From IMG/VR virus record IMGVR_UViG_3300011116_001229: a stretch of DNA of 64,000 nucleotides; one strand, given 5' to 3'. The stretch's first letter is position 1, and each line of letters opens with the position of its first letter. Shown one piece after another: positions 58,726-64,000 of this stretch. The notes beneath the pieces were generated by a model. The model made no database searches and was not told the DNA's origin. It saw nothing but the letters and a program-made list of their open reading frames with translations. The position numbers and the translations under genes are program-made. The stretch comes from a virus (lineage: Duplodnaviria > Caudoviricetes).

Positions 58726-59157
58726 ATGGCCAAGATTACAATCACAGATACACAAGGTCTCAATCAAATCAAGTCTGGAGACGGCGTCGTTCTCCAGCAC
58801 ACACCCACAGTCTCTGCTGCTGTGGCACTCGTCACCACAAACACAGCATCGCTTCCCGGTGCGTACACCATCGCAGGTGGAAGCGCAGCCGAAGTGAAGA
58901 TGCCCACAGCCTCAGAATCACTCGGTGGCGTCTTCGTCTTCAGAAGCACATCAGCACAAGCCCACTTTCTCACAGGCTCTGCCGAAGCTGCGGGAACCAA
59001 GGTCTTCGTGCTCGGCGATCCCACAGCCGGCAACGTAAAAAATGGTAGTAAGCTCACACTGCAAGGTGTCGTCGGCGCATCAGTCGCTCTCATCTCTGAC
59101 GGCGTGAACTTTATCGTTCTTCCAGGATCCGGTTCAGTTGCTTTCAGCGGCACCTGA
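58726..59157 (+). CDS. Putative capsid decoration/head-fibre protein
   Basis: Small Ala/Gly/Thr/Val-rich beta protein near MCP, same C-ending codon bias, RBS AGGAG. Confidence 0.5.
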   Translation: MAKITITDTQGLNQIKSGDGVVLQHTPTVSAAVALVTTNTASLPGAYTIAGGSAAEVKMPTASESLGGVFVFRSTSAQAHFLTGSAEAAGTKVFVLGDPTAGNVKNGSKLTLQGVVGASVALISDGVNFIVLPGSGSVAFSGT

Positions 59158-59181
59158 TTCTAGAAACTGCCAATAAACAGC

Positions 59182-59217
59182 AAAGAGGTTCTCAGCGATG
59201 GGAACCTTTTTCTTTTT
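59182..59217 (+). terminator. Intrinsic terminator
   Basis: aaagaggttctca-GCGA-tgggaaccttttt hairpin followed by a T-run. Confidence 0.8.
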
Positions 59218-59237
59218 GCTCCCATAGTTATTCAGTC

Positions 59238-60284
59238 ATGCCCACCCGTCGATTTAGTGCCTTAAGACCCAATGAGATGCGGGACGTCCTCGATGCTTTC
59301 TTGGGTTCACCCTCCCGGTCTCAGTTCACAGAGAAACTAGCCGGTCAGAATATGGCGCTCACTGTGCTACCCGGTGGTGAGGTGGAGTACGCGGGCAAGG
59401 GCGGCAAGACCACTATCGGTGGCGGCCTCTTTCCTCAGGTGACGCGTGCTCTACGTGATAATCATCCAGCGGTATCGAAACCGGTTTCTTACAGCTTCGA
59501 GGTCTTAAAGAAGACCGGCCGGTCTGACTTCATTGATTATCCCATAGACAAAGACTTTGCGGTGGTCGAACTAACGGGTCAATTAGATCAAGCTACAGCT
59601 GATCAACTGAACAGCGGGCAAGGTGCAGTTGCCTTTCTACCCAAAGAAGCGATCAAGAAGTCAGCTGCTGCTTACGTCAAAGAACCCGGAGACAAAGAAG
59701 CACTGCTTAAATTTAGGGATGAGCTCGCGTCAGGCAGGAAGCCTAGCAAAGAGAGGGCTGCTGAGATAGAGAGGCTCTTGATGTCAGTCGTGGACAGCGG
59801 CGGCGTGCCTTCAACCTTGGGTAGCGAACGGATCGAGGGTCTGTTTGGTCAGCTTGACGGTGGTACTTTTAAGATCCCATCTAAACAGTACGACGAACTG
59901 CAGAAAGATCAGTCAAGATTTGTGGCGATCGTTCGACGAGTACCCATGAAAGACATCGAGTCGCGCTTCCAGAATGCCGCTGATGATCCCGCTGCGGATC
60001 GCTTTGTCTCAGACGTCCTAGATTACGTCGACAAAATGGCCTCGGCAAAACTACCGAAGGGTTTTAGGACATTTTTCTCACCCACGGAGATGACAGGATT
60101 GAGCGGTCTAGCAGCAGCCTATCGCTCCGGTGACGCTGAGGCAGGGACGCAACTCGTCAAGCAATTCTTCAAGAGAGTCAACACAAAATCTGATTGGGTG
60201 TCTTCAGGAGTCCAAGAAGCTGCGATCATAAATGATCTAAGAAAATTGGTGAGAGAGCACCTCAAATCTCTAAGAAAACATTGA
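59238..60284 (+). CDS. Hypothetical protein
   Basis: 348-aa ORF; C-terminal DLRKLVREHL resembles the LKQIIKEE motif. Confidence 0.6.
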   Translation: MPTRRFSALRPNEMRDVLDAFLGSPSRSQFTEKLAGQNMALTVLPGGEVEYAGKGGKTTIGGGLFPQVTRALRDNHPAVSKPVSYSFEVLKKTGRSDFIDYPIDKDFAVVELTGQLDQATADQLNSGQGAVAFLPKEAIKKSAAAYVKEPGDKEALLKFRDELASGRKPSKERAAEIERLLMSVVDSGGVPSTLGSERIEGLFGQLDGGTFKIPSKQYDELQKDQSRFVAIVRRVPMKDIESRFQNAADDPAADRFVSDVLDYVDKMASAKLPKGFRTFFSPTEMTGLSGLAAAYRSGDAEAGTQLVKQFFKRVNTKSDWVSSGVQEAAIINDLRKLVREHLKSLRKH

Positions 60285-60351
60285 GTTAAATCGCGTTGTA
60301 ATTTTTTTAAACTTTAAGTTACTATATGCTGCATAGATATAATAAGGCTAT

Positions 60352-61839
60352 ATGGTAACGACAAAAAGCAGATTAACCAAGAGGTGCGCACTCGTCGTCG
60401 CCTCAGTGTTGTTCGCGTCCTACGGATGCGAGAGACCGAACCCTTATAAGCTTGCAGGCGACACTTCTGCAGTGTTTGAAGATTGTCCAACGCCCACTGT
60501 GAAGACGACTTCGTCCACCTCGTCAAGTGTTTCGTCTGCGGTTGCTACATCAACGGGAACCGGCGGTCAAGAGGTAAGCTCGGCCGCCACTGTGGGTCCA
60601 TCCGTGACGTCTACGGGGTCAGGTAATAATGAACCAAAAATTGAGCTGACAGAGCTTGACGAGAGAGAGCTAGATTATTCTGAAGCTCTTAGAACAGCTA
60701 GCATGCTCATCATTGGAGAACTACCCACTCTGACAGAGGTCTACGAGCTGGGCGATCTACCACCTGATCAGCAGAAGGTGAAGTACGAAGATCTAATCGA
60801 TAAGAAGTTATCAGATCCTCGATTTGCCGCGACCCTGGTGGAGTTCTTCAAGTACACGTTCAAGATGGGTGGAGCGTCTACTGTTGCAGGTGAACCGAAT
60901 CGTGACACGGCACCGACTTTTGCTGCGAAGGTGGTCTATGAAGAAAAAGATTGGCGCAACATTCTCGTTCAGCAAGCTAATACATGTCCTACTTTTAATC
61001 CTGCAAGTAACTCCTTTACTGATGGTAGCTGCAACAATCTTCCCGCGGGGATAAACCATTCAGGCATCCTCACCAACCCAGGCGTGCAGAGCCTGTACTT
61101 CGGTAACCTCTCTTTCCGCCGAAACCGATTCTTTCACGAGACGTTTCTCTGTCGCTCTGGTAACGAGCAAGCCGGCGGCGAACCAACAGATCAACCGCCT
61201 TCAGATGCACCATGCAGCGGTGTCAATCCGATTCCCGGTTACCAGAATAAATGGCCTGTCAATGAGATTGCGGGAACTTGCAATGGAGGACGTGTAGACT
61301 TTCATGCTTACAACAGCAGCAACGTGTGTGCCAACTGTCACGCCACGTGGAACCACCGCTCACCCCTCTTCAGCCAGTTCGACTCAAACGGCGTGTTTCA
61401 ACCCCTCACCGCGTCAGGTGAGTACTCAGTCTTTGTCCCTGTGACCGGTTCACCGCGCGCCAAGTTGAGCGATTGGTTGTGCGTCGGTCCAACCTGTCCA
61501 AATGGAGGCAGCAATTCAACAGCTTGGAAAAAGATTATGAAAGTCGACGGTGTTGAAGTTGCTGCATCTGCTTCCACGATCAACGAACTTGGACAGCAGA
61601 TGTCCAAGGATGACGAAGTGATCGAATGTGCTGTGAAGCGAACTTGGAATTATGCTATGGGTAGAGCAGACATCACAGAAATCGGTGGACGCTCTTGGGT
61701 AAGCTTACCGGATCGCAAAGACAAGAACCCAGAATTAGTCACCATGTCCAAGTTAGTTTCTCAGTTTAAGTCTAACGGATTCAACTTGAAGAAAGTTTTT
61801 AGGACAATTTTAACGTCAGATGATTTCACGAGGTTTTAA
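60352..61839 (+). CDS. Lipoprotein of DUF1549/DUF1588/DUF1585 type with a CxxCH motif
   Basis: Lipobox-like FASYG|C, S/T/G linker, ALRTASMLIIGELPT, GILT, CANCH, CAVKRTWNYAMGR...FNLKKVFRTILTSDDF. Confidence 0.75.
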   Translation: MVTTKSRLTKRCALVVASVLFASYGCERPNPYKLAGDTSAVFEDCPTPTVKTTSSTSSSVSSAVATSTGTGGQEVSSAATVGPSVTSTGSGNNEPKIELTELDERELDYSEALRTASMLIIGELPTLTEVYELGDLPPDQQKVKYEDLIDKKLSDPRFAATLVEFFKYTFKMGGASTVAGEPNRDTAPTFAAKVVYEEKDWRNILVQQANTCPTFNPASNSFTDGSCNNLPAGINHSGILTNPGVQSLYFGNLSFRRNRFFHETFLCRSGNEQAGGEPTDQPPSDAPCSGVNPIPGYQNKWPVNEIAGTCNGGRVDFHAYNSSNVCANCHATWNHRSPLFSQFDSNGVFQPLTASGEYSVFVPVTGSPRAKLSDWLCVGPTCPNGGSNSTAWKKIMKVDGVEVAASASTINELGQQMSKDDEVIECAVKRTWNYAMGRADITEIGGRSWVSLPDRKDKNPELVTMSKLVSQFKSNGFNLKKVFRTILTSDDFTRF

Positions 61840-61840
61840 A

Positions 61841-62857
61841 ATGAAGAGAAAGTTCCTTCCGGGCATTGTTTTCTTAACTGCGTACGTATTCTCTTCAGCA
61901 TGTGGGTCAACAGCACCTGACATTGGTGAGAATTACTGCCCTGACGAAGAGATAGTCGTGACAGACTCTGTCACAGTTTCAGCTGTTTCTTCAACTTCAT
62001 CAACTGTTGCAACATCGGGTGCCGGAGGTGCGCCCGTAGATCAACCCGCTGCAACTTCTTCTGGGTCTGGCATGGAAGATCTTCCTCAGTATAATACACC
62101 AAATTTAGATGAGATAGTATCACGTTTGCACGGTTGCCATAAGCTTACCTACACCCAGATTGGTAATCTGCTAAGAGCGAGAGGTGTTGCAATTCCACCC
62201 GGCAATGTCTCCGACGTCAGAACTACGCAGGCGTCAATATTTGGAGTGACACAAACCCTTGGTTCAATTTTTGGCGGAAGCGGCTCAGCCTGCGAGATGG
62301 CAATCACCGACGCAAATGGCACAAATGATCCCATCTGTCCTTCAAATGAGTCTTGCTTCTGTAATCAAGATGACAAGATGAACCAGGTCAACAGAGGCTG
62401 TTTAGACGTCGGTAACAATTCTCCCGATGCTGCCGATGGATACTGTGTATCAAAGCCCTTTACAGCTGGTTTCTTGTATTTCACAGGCAAAGATGCCCTT
62501 GGTGTTCCGAAGCTTGATTCACGCCTTGGAGAAAAAGAAGAGCATACTACAGCCTCTGCTATGAAGTTAATGGACATATTTATTCAGGCTGCGCCACAGA
62601 TCATCGCAAATATTGGCGATTCTTCCAAAGCTCCGGCCTGCACCTTAAATGGTAAAAATATGCCGATGTTCGCTAATGACGGAAGCTGTGTTGAAGAGTC
62701 TGTGAGCTGTTTAATAGGCATGCCAGCCACAGACGATCACATGCTGTTGTGCAATCTTTTGATTCAAAAGGCAAAACAGGGTGACTCGTCAGATCTCATG
62801 AAGAAGAAGATAATTGCTGTCTCCGTTCTTCTCAGTGCTACTCATTCTTGTCAATAA
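61841..62857 (+). CDS. Cys-rich lipoprotein
   Basis: MKRK..FSSA|CGS lipobox, S/T linker, multiple Cys. Confidence 0.65.
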   Translation: MKRKFLPGIVFLTAYVFSSACGSTAPDIGENYCPDEEIVVTDSVTVSAVSSTSSTVATSGAGGAPVDQPAATSSGSGMEDLPQYNTPNLDEIVSRLHGCHKLTYTQIGNLLRARGVAIPPGNVSDVRTTQASIFGVTQTLGSIFGGSGSACEMAITDANGTNDPICPSNESCFCNQDDKMNQVNRGCLDVGNNSPDAADGYCVSKPFTAGFLYFTGKDALGVPKLDSRLGEKEEHTTASAMKLMDIFIQAAPQIIANIGDSSKAPACTLNGKNMPMFANDGSCVEESVSCLIGMPATDDHMLLCNLLIQKAKQGDSSDLMKKKIIAVSVLLSATHSCQ

Positions 62858-62874
62858 ACTAAAGGGTATCTAGA

Positions 62875-64000
62875 ATGGCTAATTGGAAACTCAAAGAACT
62901 TAGAGATGAAAGACGTCGAACGTTTCTTAAGATGTGCACAGTTGCAGCAGCTGCTGTAGGCATTGAGAGAAGCAAGTTACTAAATTTTCTTGCTGACGAG
63001 GGCGGATATGGTCTGGCCGAGGCGGCAGGTTCTACATACGGTCGTTCTTTATTAGTGCCGGCCCCAAACGGTTCACAAGCCTGGTTTCAAGAACTGTGGC
63101 CTGTCGCTGATGTCGGTTTCAAAGCATGCCAAAATGCCAATGTTCCTGGGCTATCTTCCAACTTTGGTGGATTCTCTTCCTATCTTTACACGTCTCAGTA
63201 CGGTTATAATCCTGCTAATGGATATCGAGGAACTTATGTGTGGGGTAAAGGTAATCCAATGCCTTCGCTTCCAATGGGCGTAAAAGGATGGGCAGGAGGA
63301 GATAGATCTTTCTTTTACGGTCCTGATGCGCCTTGGTTTGATCATGCTTTAGGCGTTCCGAAATACCCAGTGTCAGCTTTTATGTCTGGCAAAGATGAGA
63401 CGCACACCGAGTTTCCTATCTCGCAGGTTACCCTATCTGGAAATGCTTCAATGCAGGCAGCATTAGCATCACTTGGCGCAGCAGGGTCATCAGCAATAGT
63501 ACCAGTTCTTGGTATTGATCCTGTCAAATATGGAAGAGCACCCGGTGCACCAGAAGTTGCTACAGTTCCATCATCTGCGGGCATGATCGACCTCTTTAAT
63601 AGCTCAGCCAGCCAATTCACGCTAGCAAGCAAAATTGATCAAGATCTTTTTGAAGTCTACTATAAGGCCTTAGCAGGTTTAAGAAAATCTTCTGGCAGAT
63701 CTTCCTGGATTCCTCAGATGCAGATCACCAAGAATGCTGCAAGGATTATCGGTCTTAATTTTGCATCCCAGCTGACACCAACCAGTCAAGATCTTGCTGA
63801 TTTTGGAATTCAAGAGATGATCGATGGACTTAATGCTTCTTCTATGTACATGTCAGCTGCTCAGAGGAGAGGAATCGAAGAGTTTGGAAGAACTCTGATC
63901 GTGGTTGCTAAAGCATTCGCGCTCGGTCTATCCAAGACGGCAATTGTAGCTCTCTCACCCGGTCCGACTAGTGACACGACGTTTACGGATCCTCACGTTA
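62875..64000 (+). CDS. Tat-signal protein (DUF1501/DUF1552-like position), truncated by window edge
   Basis: Not in ORF track; MANWKLKELRDERRRTFLKMCTVAAAAVG..., frame read as open to the window end. Confidence 0.75.
   Translation, partial: MANWKLKELRDERRRTFLKMCTVAAAAVGIERSKLLNFLADEGGYGLAEAAGSTYGRSLLVPAPNGSQAWFQELWPVADVGFKACQNANVPGLSSNFGGFSSYLYTSQYGYNPANGYRGTYVWGKGNPMPSLPMGVKGWAGGDRSFFYGPDAPWFDHALGVPKYPVSAFMSGKDETHTEFPISQVTLSGNASMQAALASLGAAGSSAIVPVLGIDPVKYGRAPGAPEVATVPSSAGMIDLFNSSASQFTLASKIDQDLFEVYYKALAGLRKSSGRSSWIPQMQITKNAARIIGLNFASQLTPTSQDLADFGIQEMIDGLNASSMYMSAAQRRGIEEFGRTLIVVAKAFALGLSKTAIVALSPGPTSDTTFTDPHV

Noticed and set aside
1-64000. Alternative genetic code (stop reassignment)
   Set aside because: Genes are full-length under code 11; TAA, TAG and TGA all end real genes with normal overlaps

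Overview
This window is part of a large, AT-rich tailed-phage genome of the T4-like head type (standard genetic code, densely coding). It has four blocks. (1) 1-16200, minus strand: a co-transcribed cluster of about 20 nucleotide-sugar, glycosyltransferase, methyltransferase and phosphatase genes (ColD-like dehydratase, RmlC, TPP-dependent E1 alpha/beta pair, GT2, GT4, GT6, GT11, HtrL-like), with no membrane flippase or polymerase visible. (2) 16283-23657: a truncated GroEL-like protein lacking the ATP-binding motif, ClpP, DinG helicase, Hc1 histone-like protein, a sigma70 region-4 protein and PIN-PhoH. (3) 23711-59157: large lineage-specific virion proteins, gp4-like nuclease, RuvC-like resolvase, primase, a fused Mre11-Rad50, large terminase, portal with an HNH intein, prohead protease, scaffold, major capsid protein and a compositionally chimeric homing endonuclease. 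(4) 60352-64000: a lipoprotein / lipoprotein / Tat-substrate cassette of the DUF1588-DUF1585 type typical of myxobacteria and planctomycetes. That cassette, the C-ending codon bias of the capsid gene and a ~70% GC patch together suggest a high-GC host, possibly Myxococcota. All family calls come from motif recognition by eye; no database searches were run.
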